A DNA stretch of 64,000 nt, taken from positions 4,501-68,500 of the forward strand of contig JANQNB010000011.1 in the NCBI GenBank assembly GCA_028279755.1. Direction: 5' to 3'. Position 1 is the stretch's first letter; each line of letters begins with the position of its first letter. The translations under genes were made by a program, and so were the position numbers. The notes beneath the pieces were generated by a model, which was not told where the DNA came from, searched no databases, and was given only the letters and a program-made list of their open reading frames with translations. Below, one piece after another: positions 45,878 to 55,624 of this stretch. This stretch comes from Candidatus Nanoarchaeia archaeon. GTDB lineage: Archaea > Nanobdellota > Nanobdellia > Woesearchaeales > UBA525.

Positions 45878-46866
45878 CGCTCAAAAAGAAATACCCTTTT
45901 ACCGTCCACAACCACCTTAATGGTTTCGCCAGGTGTATGACTTTTCGTCTTGGCGTTCGCTACCGGCACTGCCTGGAAGGTCTCAGGATGCAGCACTGTC
46001 AATTCCGGCATGACTGCAGCGACGCTTGTCTCGAGGACCGGAAGCTGCCGCCAGGTCGCTTTGTACTCATGCATCTCGTTCTTGCCACGCATGGGATTGA
46101 ACAACCGGATCTTCTTGCCGACGTCGGTGACGAACAGGACGTCCTTGCCCTTCTTCACGCAATCGCCCTTGTTGTATGGCGAGAGCTCGACAAACCATGT
46201 TTCCCTGTAGACGTCTTTCGAGCGTTGCTTGTCCCTGCCGAACAGGTGCGCGCTGCTCTTGACCAGGCCGCCATAGCGATCAACGAGCGTCCGCGCGGTC
46301 TTCTCCAAAGCGTTCTTCCTCGTGACGAAGTAATCAGTGCCTTGTTTCTGCTTCACCTCTTTCGAGACCGAGGCGCCGAACCGGTGCAGGGTGTCGAGCA
46401 TGAACTTCTTCCGGTCCTTGTCCTCATTCCGCAGCTGGAGCACGCCTTCGAAATACTGCGTCCCTTCTTTCGCGTGCCGCGGACTGATCGTATTCTGCAC
46501 CTCAAACGGAACGACATAGTGCTCGTCGTAGAACTTTGCGCTTTTCGACGCGCGGCCAGTGACGGTGACGTCGGCTTCGCCCGTAACCTTCAAACCGTCC
46601 TTCAACGGGATGTCAGGGAGCGCGATCCGCACCTCGGTGATGTCGGCATTGTTCGCTGTGACCACCTGCTGCGTGAACAGTTCTGCGAGTCTGCTTGTGT
46701 GATTCTCTGTGGGGTGCCACTTGCCGTGGAACTTGATCGCGCCGCTCTTGGTGCACACCGAAGCCTTGAACTCCTTGAAGCTCGTGATGAGCGGTTTCTC
46801 CTCTTTCAGGCAGTCGGCGCAGAACACGTCCACGACCTTCTTCGATCCGCATTTCGGACAAAACAT
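45874..46866 (-). CDS. nmd3: NMD3-family protein (ribosomal large-subunit export/maturation factor homolog)
   Basis: N-terminal MFCPKCGSKKVVDVFCADC zinc-ribbon Cys clusters and NMD3 domain features, 330 aa. Confidence 0.8.
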   Translation of the reverse strand: MFCPKCGSKKVVDVFCADCLKEEKPLITSFKEFKASVCTKSGAIKFHGKWHPTENHTSRLAELFTQQVVTANNADITEVRIALPDIPLKDGLKVTGEADVTVTGRASKSAKFYDEHYVVPFEVQNTISPRHAKEGTQYFEGVLQLRNEDKDRKKFMLDTLHRFGASVSKEVKQKQGTDYFVTRKNALEKTARTLVDRYGGLVKSSAHLFGRDKQRSKDVYRETWFVELSPYNKGDCVKKGKDVLFVTDVGKKIRLFNPMRGKNEMHEYKATWRQLPVLETSVAAVMPELTVLHPETFQAVPVANAKTKSHTPGETIKVVVDGKRVFLFER

Positions 46867-46899
46867 GGAGTGGGAAGAACAGGATGGCCCTTAAAAAGT

Positions 46900-47802
46900 C
46901 TATGCATTCCCTTCGTTGATCGCGTTGATGAGCTCTTCGACGACTTTCTCCTTATCTTCGCGTGCGATGCTGCAGCCGCCTGCCGCTTTATGGCCGCCCC
47001 CGCCATAGGTTTGCATGAGCGCGCCGATGTCCACGCTGTTCGCGTCGTCGAAGATGTTCTCGCCGCACGAGATCTTCACCTTGTCCTTCTCGTACTTCAT
47101 GTTGTCGACAGTGAGATGCACGGCCTTGCCTGGATACATCAGGTAGAGCCAGAAGGGCTGGCCGCGCGGCAAATCCTCCGGTGCTTTGGTTCGATCGACA
47201 AAAATAACTGCGCCTTTGATCTCAACAAACTCTTTGATGCGTCGCCGCCAGTCCTCGTGCTGGCGCAGCTTCTCCTGGACGCGTGCCTTGATGATCGGCT
47301 GCTGGATCACCTGCTCTGGCGTCTGGAACGCGAGCATGTTCAGGAGAAAGTGGCGAAATTCATCGTCCTTGTACTTATTGTCGCCGCGGATCGCCATGCT
47401 CAATTTGCCGTAGACATCCGGATGCTCGAGATCCTCTTTCGTGAACGCAGCGCTGTCGATCTTGTCTGTCGCGTCGACAAGATCCGCAAACTTCTCGAGC
47501 TGCGGATACTCTGCCTTGTACTGCTCAAAGATCACACGGGCGCAGCTCTTCGCCGTTGTGTCGAGAATCCCTTTGTCTTTGTCAGCCTCGCTTGTCGCGT
47601 GGTGATCGATCCACAAGGCGCAGCCCTCGCCATAAGGCAGATCGACGATCACGTCGCCTGCACGAACAGGGAACTCTTTCTTCTGCAGCATCCACGGTTC
47701 CGCAAACACGACATGCTCGATGTCGAAAATGTCACGAACCAGGAGCGCGCTCACTACGCCGTCGAAATCAGTATGCGTGACGACACGCGTGTAGTCAGTC
47801 AT
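46900..47802 (-). CDS. DHH-family phosphoesterase (NrnA/HAN-like)
   Basis: THTDFDGVVSA (DHH motif I), DHH, and the GGGHKAAGG DHHA1 motif. 300 aa. Confidence 0.8.
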   Translation of the reverse strand: MTDYTRVVTHTDFDGVVSALLVRDIFDIEHVVFAEPWMLQKKEFPVRAGDVIVDLPYGEGCALWIDHHATSEADKDKGILDTTAKSCARVIFEQYKAEYPQLEKFADLVDATDKIDSAAFTKEDLEHPDVYGKLSMAIRGDNKYKDDEFRHFLLNMLAFQTPEQVIQQPIIKARVQEKLRQHEDWRRRIKEFVEIKGAVIFVDRTKAPEDLPRGQPFWLYLMYPGKAVHLTVDNMKYEKDKVKISCGENIFDDANSVDIGALMQTYGGGGHKAAGGCSIAREDKEKVVEELINAINEGNA

Positions 47803-49132
47803 TCTTGATCAATGCGAGGAGTTCGTTCTGCTTCTCCTCTAACAGCTCAGCGGTGTCGGCTTCAATTCGCAAACGCACGAGCGGTTCGGTGTTTGATTTT
47901 CGTAAGGAGAACCACCAGGTGCCATAATCAATCCAGATGCCGTCGATATCCTGCGACTTCCCGTCCTTGTAGGCATCTCGTACTGTTTCGAAGATCTCAT
48001 CAGGATCAGTCACTGTCAGATTGATCTCTGGCGACTGGAAATACACCCGGTACTTGTCGATTAGCGTAGACAGTGCTTTCTTCTTCTTGCACATGATGGA
48101 CATTGCGAAGACTGCTGCAAACACGCCGTCATCCTGGAAATGATTCTCCTTGAACATGACGTGGCCAGAGAACTCACCACCCATCAGGCCGCCCTCGTGG
48201 ATCAAGACGTGCTTGTAGAATGGATTGCCAACGCGCATCCGTACAGGGACACCGCCAGCTTCCTTGATCGCATCTTCGATTGCTTTGGAGAAGCGCAGGT
48301 CGAAATAGACTTTCTCACCCTTGGCGTTCTGCAGCTCTTCTTCTGCGAACATTCCCAGCAAGAAGTCAGCAGTGACGATCTTTCCTTTCTCATCGACCAG
48401 GTAGGAGCGATCTGCATCTCCGTCGAAAAAGATTCCAACGTCAGCCTGCTCCTTCACTACTCGCTCTTGGAGATCTTTCAGGTTCTCAAGATCGTGCGGG
48501 TTTGCTGGATGATTCGGGAACTCGCCATCAGGTTGCTCGTACATGGGAATGTACTCGATATCCATTTGTTTGAACATAGGCTCTCCCGGAATCGAACCGA
48601 CACCATTACCATAATCGACAACGACCTTCAAACCAGTAACATTCTGGCCATGCGCGAGAACAGCATCAATGTACTCCTGCAAGACGTCAAGCTTCTTGAT
48701 GCTTCCTTTTGTCGATGCGTCGTCAAACGTACCTTTGTTGCAGAGCGCTTCAATCTCGTGCATACCGCTGTCTGGCGATAATTGTTCACAGGGTGCGATG
48801 ACAAGCTTGAATGCGTTGTACTTGCCAGGATTGTGAGAAGCAGAGATCATGATGCCACCGTCATACTTGTGGCGCGCTACCGTCGTACCCATCATCGGCG
48901 TTGCGACCATACCAATGTCGATGACATCAGCGCCTTGGTCGGTGATACCGCGCGCCAGTTCTTTGAACAGTGATTCGCCGCTTGCACGCATGTCCTTGCC
49001 GACGACAACGCTTTTCAGCTTGAACTGCTGGACGAACGCGCGTCCTACCTTGTACGCGATCTCTTCGTTGATCTCTGTCGGGTACACACCCCGGATATCA
49101 TACGCCTTGAAGATTCCTGCTATTCTCCTCAC
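47795..49132 (-). CDS. Phosphohexomutase (phosphoglucosamine/phosphomannomutase family)
   Basis: SASHNPGKYN phosphoserine loop, FDGDADR metal loop and a sugar-binding loop. 445 aa. Confidence 0.88.
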   Translation of the reverse strand: MRRIAGIFKAYDIRGVYPTEINEEIAYKVGRAFVQQFKLKSVVVGKDMRASGESLFKELARGITDQGADVIDIGMVATPMMGTTVARHKYDGGIMISASHNPGKYNAFKLVIAPCEQLSPDSGMHEIEALCNKGTFDDASTKGSIKKLDVLQEYIDAVLAHGQNVTGLKVVVDYGNGVGSIPGEPMFKQMDIEYIPMYEQPDGEFPNHPANPHDLENLKDLQERVVKEQADVGIFFDGDADRSYLVDEKGKIVTADFLLGMFAEEELQNAKGEKVYFDLRFSKAIEDAIKEAGGVPVRMRVGNPFYKHVLIHEGGLMGGEFSGHVMFKENHFQDDGVFAAVFAMSIMCKKKKALSTLIDKYRVYFQSPEINLTVTDPDEIFETVRDAYKDGKSQDIDGIWIDYGTWWFSLRKSNTEPLVRLRIEADTAELLEEKQNELLALIKND

Positions 49133-49134
49133 CT

Positions 49135-49527
49135 CTATGGTTCATTCGTGCCTTCGCGGCCGTAATCGTCCTTGAGCCTGACGACATCCATGAGCTCTGT
49201 CGTGCTGGCTTCGATGATGGTCGAGTCTTCGAGCGCCTCGACCTGGTGGATGGTGCCTGGCATGATGTGGAGGCACTCTCCCGGAAGGAATTCCGATTCC
49301 TCAAGATGCTTCGGATCCTCCTTTCTTCCCAAGGTAAGTTTCAGTTTCCCTTTATACAAATACTGGCTCTCCTCTTTCTGCTCGTGGTATTGCAGACTGA
49401 ACTTATGCCCTTTGTTCAAATGGAGGAACTTCAGGACGTATTTGTCAGTCACTGCCAGCCATTCCTCAGCGCCCCAAGGCTTCTCGACTTTTTTCACAGG
49501 CGTGAGACAGTCATCCTTCAAGGTCAT
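49135..49527 (-). CDS. Cupin-domain protein (type II mannose-6-phosphate isomerase-like)
   Basis: PWGAEEW...HKFSLQYHEQKEE...PGTIHQVEA cupin motifs. The internal Met start sits 10 bp after the upstream gene stop. Confidence 0.65.
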   Translation of the reverse strand: MTLKDDCLTPVKKVEKPWGAEEWLAVTDKYVLKFLHLNKGHKFSLQYHEQKEESQYLYKGKLKLTLGRKEDPKHLEESEFLPGECLHIMPGTIHQVEALEDSTIIEASTTELMDVVRLKDDYGREGTNEP

Positions 49528-49537
49528 CACCACACCT

Positions 49538-50386
49538 CTATGCTTTGTACCCTGTCCATTCCTTCTCGATCTTCGCGAGATAATCAGGGCTTTCCGGGAC
49601 AAACCATTGGCCAGCGAATGGGTAGCCGAACAAGGTGCCGTTGCGTGCGAGCTTTGGGAAGACGTCGGTCTCGATCATGGCGTACCCATCAGGGATCATG
49701 TCGATCACGCTCGGCTCGAGCACGTACAAGCCGGCATTGATCAACTGGCTTGGCTCTGTCCCCGGGCTTGGCTTCTCGACAAAGCGCAGGATCTTATTGC
49801 CGTCCAGCATGGCGACGCCGAATAGGCTCGGATCCTTCACCGTGGTCAAGGAGATGGTCGCGGATGCTTCGCTCTTCAGGTGCTCCTTGTAGAGCATCTC
49901 GAGATTGATGTCTTTCAGCTCATCAGCGTTGAGCACGAGGAAGCTGCTGTCCTGGAGATATGCCCGTGCTTTCTTGATAGGGCCAGCAGTGCCGAGCGGG
50001 TTATCGGGGTTCTCATCGATGTAGGTAATGTTCACGCCGAGGATGCCACCGTCACCGAGCTTGTCCTTGATCTGCTCCTTGAGATAGCCGACGCTGAGCA
50101 CGATGTCCTTGATGCCGAAGCGCTTGAGCAGCTCGATGTTATGTTCGAGGAAGCTCTTGCCCTGAATCTCCAGCATGGGCTTCGGCGTCTTCTTCGTGAG
50201 CGGTAGCATGCGTGTTCCCTTGCCGCCAGCGAGGATGAGTGCCTTTGTTGGTACTCTGCCTTTCAATGCGTGGCGGAGGAAGAGCTCGACCGCGTGGCTC
50301 CTGTTCTTGATGCTCGTTCCATCTACTTTGGCATCGACTTGCTCGAGAAGGTTCTTTTCTATCGTGAGTGTTACGCGTTCCTTCAT
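49538..50386 (-). CDS. Sugar-phosphate nucleotidyltransferase fused to an N-terminal ribbon-helix-helix domain
   Basis: N-terminal MKERVTLTIEKNLLEQVDAKVDGTSIKNRSHAVELFLRHAL looks CopG/RHH-like. It is followed by LILAGGKGTRMLPLT NTP-transferase motifs. There is no Met between the two parts. Confidence 0.75.
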   Translation of the reverse strand: MKERVTLTIEKNLLEQVDAKVDGTSIKNRSHAVELFLRHALKGRVPTKALILAGGKGTRMLPLTKKTPKPMLEIQGKSFLEHNIELLKRFGIKDIVLSVGYLKEQIKDKLGDGGILGVNITYIDENPDNPLGTAGPIKKARAYLQDSSFLVLNADELKDINLEMLYKEHLKSEASATISLTTVKDPSLFGVAMLDGNKILRFVEKPSPGTEPSQLINAGLYVLEPSVIDMIPDGYAMIETDVFPKLARNGTLFGYPFAGQWFVPESPDYLAKIEKEWTGYKA

Positions 50387-50458
50387 ATCGTCACCCCTCG
50401 GAGCAGCGGCAACGAAGTCATATATAAACCTTTCGAAAAGTATGAGGGTGTATGATGG

Positions 50459-50959
50459 TTACATTTGCACTGCTGGCGTCTGCACTTCTTGGGGTTCCTC
50501 AGTTGCCGGTGCTGAGAAATCAAGTTCAGGGATGTAGGCGCACGGGTCGATCGCTGCCTGGTGCATTGCGCGGAGCACGCGGACAGATTCCACACACGCC
50601 TTGCTGAATGGGAAGGCAAGATAGGCGCCGAGGGCGAGCAAGGCGAACTCACTCCCTGTCATGAATACTGATTTGGTATGCCACCATGCCATGTTCCCGT
50701 CCTGAATCGTCCCTTCAAAGAGTGCTGCGAGTCCCGGCAGTTCCGCAGCAACGAATTCTCCGAGTTCCCTGCCGAACCTGCTCCTTCTGATTGATTCGAA
50801 CCAATCGCCGCTTCTCCTGCAACCCAGAGCGAATCCAGCATATCCTGTGGCCAATGCCAGTCCAAAAGTGCATCCTTCACGTCTCGCTCTGACTTCCTGG
50901 TCGTGTTCAAGAACATCGTTGAGATAGAAATGCCTGACTGAATCGAGGTAACTGTGCAT
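50459..50959 (-). CDS. Hypothetical protein
   Basis: 166-aa GC3-rich ORF. TATA-like GCATTTAAACC ~28 bp upstream, inside the 3' end of the upstream gene. Confidence 0.45.
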   Translation of the reverse strand: MHSYLDSVRHFYLNDVLEHDQEVRARREGCTFGLALATGYAGFALGCRRSGDWFESIRRSRFGRELGEFVAAELPGLAALFEGTIQDGNMAWWHTKSVFMTGSEFALLALGAYLAFPFSKACVESVRVLRAMHQAAIDPCAYIPELDFSAPATEEPQEVQTPAVQM

Positions 50960-50990
50960 TGTCGTCGGTTAGGGAAAACTCGGTGAGCAT

Positions 50991-52280
50991 TTAAACCTTC
51001 GCGATTTCGACAGTGAGATAGAACTTGTTCTCGTCGATGATTTTCACAGTCTGCCATGTCCCCAGAATGCTGTCATCGTCGGTCTTCAGCACGACTTGGG
51101 TGTAGTTCTGGGTGTGTCCGACCACGCTCCCGGGTTTGCCGTGTTGGGTGAAGAGCGCCTCGACTGTTGTGCCAATCATGCCTGCATTCGGATCCTGGCT
51201 TTCGTAGAGTTCCACGAGCTCTTTGCAGCGACGCGCAACGATCTTTGTTGGCAGTAGTTTCAGTTTCGCAGCGCGCGTGCCTGGTCGTGGGTAGAACTTA
51301 TTGATGTTCAGGATACGACAGGCGGTATCAGCTGCAAGCGCCATGGTTTTTTCGAAGTCCTCTTCTGTTTCTGTCGGGTAGCCAACAATATAGTCATTCA
51401 TGATTGTGAAGCCAGGGATTTCCTTTCTTGCCATTGAAACAATGTCCAGAAAGTCCTTAACCTTATACCCTCTTTCCATATGTTCAAGGACAAGATCGCT
51501 ACCGGACTGAACTGGTACGTGGAGGAAATGAAAAAATCGTTTAGGATTATTTTTTAGGAGTTTCAGCATTTTTTCTAATTCTTTTATCACGTGCTGCGGA
51601 TTCGCCATGCCGACGCGCACCATGAACTGGCCGCGGATCTTCGCGACAGCGTTGAGCAAGGAAGCCATGTTTTCGCCGATGTCCTGGCCGTACGCGCCGA
51701 CGTCTTCTGAGGTGAGCCAGATCTCTTTTGCGCCGACATCGACAGCTGCTTCTATTGCCTTGACTATTTCTGCAACTGGGTGGCTCTCTAATCTGCCGCG
51801 TGCATGCACTGTCTTGCAATATGTGCAGCCAGAAAGGCAGCCAGAATTGACAGGAATTATTGTTATGAATGGGTTTGATTTTGATCTGGGTAGGGTGAGT
51901 GAAGGGTTTTTCCTCCTTGTGATGGTTCTTTTCTTTTTTCCTTTCAATGTCTCTGCAACTACCTCTACCACATTGTCAATGTCTTTCACGCCAACAGCGC
52001 TGAACTGCTGCAAGAATTCATCGCCTTGGTTCCCTTGCACCACACAGCCAGCGATCACGACCGGCAGCTTCGCTGTCCTGATATCGTGCAAGAACTTCTT
52101 CTCTGCCGGATCCTTGACAGCGCAGGAATTCACGAGCAGCAAGTCTGCGTCGTTCTCCTCATCAACGATCTCATAGCCCGCTGCTTCGAGCAAGCCAGCC
52201 ATCTGTTCAGAATCCGCCTGATTGTGGGTGCAGCCGTAGGTTTTGATGAAAATACGGTGCTTTCCCGACGACGAGGCCAT
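50991..52280 (-). CDS. MiaB-like tRNA methylthiotransferase (e-MtaB/CDKAL1-like radical SAM MTTase)
   Basis: N-terminal MTTase domain (IKTYGCTHNQADSE), radical-SAM CxxxCxxC (CLSGCTYC) and a TRAM C-terminus. Start at Met MASSSGKHRIF. Confidence 0.85.
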   Translation of the reverse strand: MASSSGKHRIFIKTYGCTHNQADSEQMAGLLEAAGYEIVDEENDADLLLVNSCAVKDPAEKKFLHDIRTAKLPVVIAGCVVQGNQGDEFLQQFSAVGVKDIDNVVEVVAETLKGKKKRTITRRKNPSLTLPRSKSNPFITIIPVNSGCLSGCTYCKTVHARGRLESHPVAEIVKAIEAAVDVGAKEIWLTSEDVGAYGQDIGENMASLLNAVAKIRGQFMVRVGMANPQHVIKELEKMLKLLKNNPKRFFHFLHVPVQSGSDLVLEHMERGYKVKDFLDIVSMARKEIPGFTIMNDYIVGYPTETEEDFEKTMALAADTACRILNINKFYPRPGTRAAKLKLLPTKIVARRCKELVELYESQDPNAGMIGTTVEALFTQHGKPGSVVGHTQNYTQVVLKTDDDSILGTWQTVKIIDENKFYLTVEIAKV

Positions 52281-52384
52281 CGCTCTGCGGGGTTGTGGCG
52301 GGTTAAAAAACCTATCGTGCCGAAGCGTAACATTTATATACCCCTGGGCCGTGATTGCAGTGTAGCTATACTCGGAGGGATAGA

Positions 52385-52780
52385 ATGCGACGCCTCTTTT
52401 CACTCAAGCGCATCCGGAAGACCAATTACGACGATGATGATCTTGTCGAATCACAGGACGACTATGTAGAATTGAACACTGATGCAGGCCCTGATGCACG
52501 CGGCAGCAAGGTCGTGGTCCGCAGCTTCGCGCTCGAAGACTTCAGTGACATCAAGCCAGTGCTTGACGTGCTGCGCGAAGGCTATACTGTCTGCCTGGTC
52601 AACATCAAGCCGCTCAAAGACAAGGACCTTGTCGAGCTGAAGCGCGCGATCAACAAGCTCAAGAAGACGACTGAAGCGCTCGACGGCGACATTGCAGGCT
52701 TTGGTGACGATTACATCGTGCTCACGCCAAGTTTTGCAGAGATCTACCGCGCTGCGGGCACTGAAGACGTGCTTGAATAA
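52385..52780 (+). CDS. sepF: Cell division protein SepF (archaeal)
   Basis: 131 aa. The SepF/DUF552-like core is VVVRSFALEDFSDIKPVLDVLREGYTVCLVNIKPL. Confidence 0.7.
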   Translation: MRRLFSLKRIRKTNYDDDDLVESQDDYVELNTDAGPDARGSKVVVRSFALEDFSDIKPVLDVLREGYTVCLVNIKPLKDKDLVELKRAINKLKKTTEALDGDIAGFGDDYIVLTPSFAEIYRAAGTEDVLE

Positions 52781-52861
52781 TTCTTTTTATTTTCCGCATC
52801 TCAGCATCCTATAGTTTTTTCTCCGAAAATGCTTATAAAGCATCCAGTCTCGGACTGCGCC

Positions 52862-53401
52862 ATGTCGGAAGAGAGCGATTACGAGCAAGTGACTGGCGAG
52901 ACCTGCCCGGTGTGCCACGAGAAACAGCTGACCCTGACTGAGGCGCGCAAGGAAGTGCCGTATTTCGGCGTGTGCTATCTCTTCAGCATGGACTGCAGCG
53001 CGTGCAGCTATCACAAGGCTGACGTGGAAAGCGAGGAGCAGCACGAGCCGGCGAAGTATACCTATGTGCTCAAGGATGAGGAAGGGCTCAAGGTTCGCGT
53101 TGTCAAGAGTTCGAACGCGACTGTGAAGATCGGCATGATCGGCTCGATCGAGCCTGGCGAGACTGCCAATGGCTATATCACGAACATCGAGGGCGTACTG
53201 AACCGGCTGAAGAACCAGGTCGATCATCTCAAGAACGCTGCCCAGGATGAGGGCGATGCCGCGACTGCGAAGAAAGCCAAGAACCATCTCAAGAAATTGC
53301 AGCGCGCACTCTGGGGTCAGGACGAATTGAAGATCGTGCTCAGCGATCCCACCGGGAATTCTGCGATCATTTCTCCTGACGTTGAGAAGAAAAAGCTCTA
53401 G
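52862..53401 (+). CDS. ZPR1-type zinc-finger protein
   Basis: CPVCHEK...CSACSY four-Cys ZPR1 zinc finger followed by the ZPR1 beta domain. TATA CTTATAAAG lies 22 bp upstream. Confidence 0.75.
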   Translation: MSEESDYEQVTGETCPVCHEKQLTLTEARKEVPYFGVCYLFSMDCSACSYHKADVESEEQHEPAKYTYVLKDEEGLKVRVVKSSNATVKIGMIGSIEPGETANGYITNIEGVLNRLKNQVDHLKNAAQDEGDAATAKKAKNHLKKLQRALWGQDELKIVLSDPTGNSAIISPDVEKKKL

Positions 53402-53655
53402 AGAGCGTCTCCTCCTTTTTCGTTCTCCAGCACCAAAACATTTATATATGACCTATACCAATATACAGATTAGTATACAGGAATACGTTGCGACAGAGGT
53501 GACTATTATGGCTGACCCTGCATTGAGATGCAATCCCTCACTCTATCACTACAACGGCTTCTGCTTCAATAAAGGGCGTGTCCCGCCTGGCCAGATCGCC
53601 ATCCCGGCACGCGAATGCGAAGCGCTTGAACAGAAAGAGGTCGTCACCACGATCA

Positions 53656-54429
53656 TCAGCTAATCCGTTTTCGCAAACCAGCTACTTTTCCGAATGCCAA
53701 AACCTGATCATCCACACTTGCGAAGGCGGAGAATTCATCAAACCTTTTCAGGAGCGGCCCGATGGGCCGCTCCCCGATTATATCTGTGCCAAAGGTCAAT
53801 GGGTTCCACGATGGCATGATGATGAGATCGAGTTTCCTTCTCCCATAGCGGTGCTTGCCGACAAGAAAGCATTTCACAGTCTCGGTTCGCAAGCCGTCGG
53901 TGATCCTCGCAGCGGGGTGCTCATGGCCAGCGATGACAACGTTAACAGATCTCATGGTTTCCTTGCTGAGCTGTGCCTCAGATTGCAGTCCTGCAAGGGT
54001 CTCATCTCCATGAACAATAAGAACCCCTACTTTACCATTTTGGATAATTTTGACTTTTTCTAATTTAATATTGAGCTTTGTGAGTATTGGTTGTATGAGA
54101 TTGTCGTGATTGCCGCCCACGGCAAGGACGCGAGCGCCGCGTTCCTCGATGCCCTTGATGAACGCTTGCACGTCGTACCATTCCTCGCGTGAGATCTGCC
54201 CGAACTCGTGCTTGATGTCGCCAGCCAAGACGACAGCCTTGATTTTGTATTTCTTGAATAATCTATCAAGTTCTTTCTTGAAATACTTTTTCTGCGCTTG
54301 AGGAAGAAGGACTCCTTTGCTCCGCTTTTCCTCCTCATACCCGATATGGAGATCTGAGAGGATGAGTGTTCTGGCTTGCTTCAAATACAGAGCGGTCTTG
54401 TCAGCGATGATGCCAGGCAGGAGTTCCAT
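53656..54429 (-). CDS. Calcineurin-like metallophosphoesterase (COG1407 ICC-like / MJ0037 family)
   Basis: LSDLHIGYEE, AGDIKHEFG, VGGNHDN, VHGDE and AGHEHPA motifs. Confidence 0.75.
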   Translation of the reverse strand: MELLPGIIADKTALYLKQARTLILSDLHIGYEEEKRSKGVLLPQAQKKYFKKELDRLFKKYKIKAVVLAGDIKHEFGQISREEWYDVQAFIKGIEERGARVLAVGGNHDNLIQPILTKLNIKLEKVKIIQNGKVGVLIVHGDETLAGLQSEAQLSKETMRSVNVVIAGHEHPAARITDGLRTETVKCFLVGKHRYGRRKLDLIIMPSWNPLTFGTDIIGERPIGPLLKRFDEFSAFASVDDQVLAFGKVAGLRKRIS

Positions 54430-54460
54430 GACAATGAGAAAAAGTGATAGGTTAAAGAGT

Positions 54461-54982
54461 TTACGAGACGAGCTTCTTCAGCTCCTTGATGCGGTCCTTG
54501 AGGAATTCCACGGTTCGGGAATTGTCCTGCTGGTGCATCAGGTTGCCGCATTCCGGGCACTTGAACTCGAACTCCATGCTCTTGTCGAAGTCCATGCGGC
54601 TGCAAGCGTTCCCGCACATGAAGAACGTAGCGCTCGTCTCATTGACAAGGCGCTCTTCCATCTTGTCCAGCTTCTGCTGGTGGAGCTTCTTGTGCAGCTG
54701 CGGCACCATGTGCTCGTTGAAGTCCCAGTAGCAGATATACCATCCCTTGATCCGGTCCTTCTTGCGCAGAAAGCTCACGATGTTATGCTCCAGGAGCTTG
54801 TACAGCACGTTCCTGGTCTCGTTGATCTCGAGCTCCAGCTCTTCAGCGATGATGAACTCGCTGATCTTCGTCTTTCCCTTGAGAAAATCGACGATCGGCA
54901 TTGCGTGTTCACCAACGAGCTCGGTGACAACCTCCTCCGTCATCTTTTTTGTAGGCTTGGTCAGCTTTAGTTTTTGCGTCAT
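54461..54982 (-). CDS. tfe: Transcription factor E (TFE alpha)
   Basis: Winged helix plus a C-terminal zinc ribbon (CGNACSRMDF...CPECGN). The start is Met MTQKLKL, or alternatively 55030. Confidence 0.8.
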   Translation of the reverse strand: MTQKLKLTKPTKKMTEEVVTELVGEHAMPIVDFLKGKTKISEFIIAEELELEINETRNVLYKLLEHNIVSFLRKKDRIKGWYICYWDFNEHMVPQLHKKLHQQKLDKMEERLVNETSATFFMCGNACSRMDFDKSMEFEFKCPECGNLMHQQDNSRTVEFLKDRIKELKKLVS

Positions 54983-55196
54983 CGTCTTATCCTCGCTCTT
55001 TTTTCTCCGTTTCATCAGGGTACAGCGCACCCCGTCTGCTCCTCAGCTATCATACCGTTGAATCGTGCCAGAATGCTGTCTCTGTGGCAGCATTCAGTCC
55101 CCCCTGTGCTATAGTCACACCCGGGTTTTCGGGTATATAAGCTTTGCGGTCATTATTTCCCGATAATGTATACTGGGAGAACAAAATGTGAGCTTT

Positions 55197-55490
55197 CTAT
55201 CGCGCGGGTATATGCTCGCACGCGTACTCTGCTTCGATGCTCGCGCCATCGCATTCCGCGGTGCAGGCGTTCGGGTACGTGATGTACCAATGGTTGCGCT
55301 TGCCGCACACTGGCGAGAAGCCCACGCATGTGTTGCAATTCATCGCCATACCGGGCTCTGCCACAACATGGCCAGAGATGCCATTGTCTTGTCCAGTCAA
55401 AGCATCGGCTGGAAACGGTCTGCTGGCGAACAAGCCGACAACACCCACTAAGGCAACAATCAAGACGATGACTAAAATGGCGCGCTCCAT
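55197..55490 (-). CDS. Secreted Kazal-type domain protein
   Basis: Signal peptide, then CNTCVGFSPVCGKRNHWYITYPNACTAECDGASIEAEYAC. PVCG...TYPNxC and six Cys at Kazal spacing. TATA GTATTTAAACC lies ~35 bp upstream. Confidence 0.55.
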   Translation of the reverse strand: MERAILVIVLIVALVGVVGLFASRPFPADALTGQDNGISGHVVAEPGMAMNCNTCVGFSPVCGKRNHWYITYPNACTAECDGASIEAEYACEHIPAR

Positions 55491-55624
55491 GATCCCACCT
55501 GGCGAAGCACAGGTGTGGAAGTATTTAAACCTTTGGATTCTCTTTGACGTGAAATTATCGCAATGTTTATAAATTCTTAAGCTCGGGTGTCACGTACGAA
55601 AGAGTTTGGTGAGGTGACGCTCAA

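Noticed and set aside
53508-53663. 51-aa Cys-containing small ORF (MADPALRCNPSLYHYNGFCFNKGRVPPGQ...) and the longer 53578..54063 + ORF.
   Set aside because: The long + ORF is antisense to a well-supported metallophosphoesterase. The 51-aa ORF is plausible, but no promoter spacing or homology supports it, so it is left uncalled.
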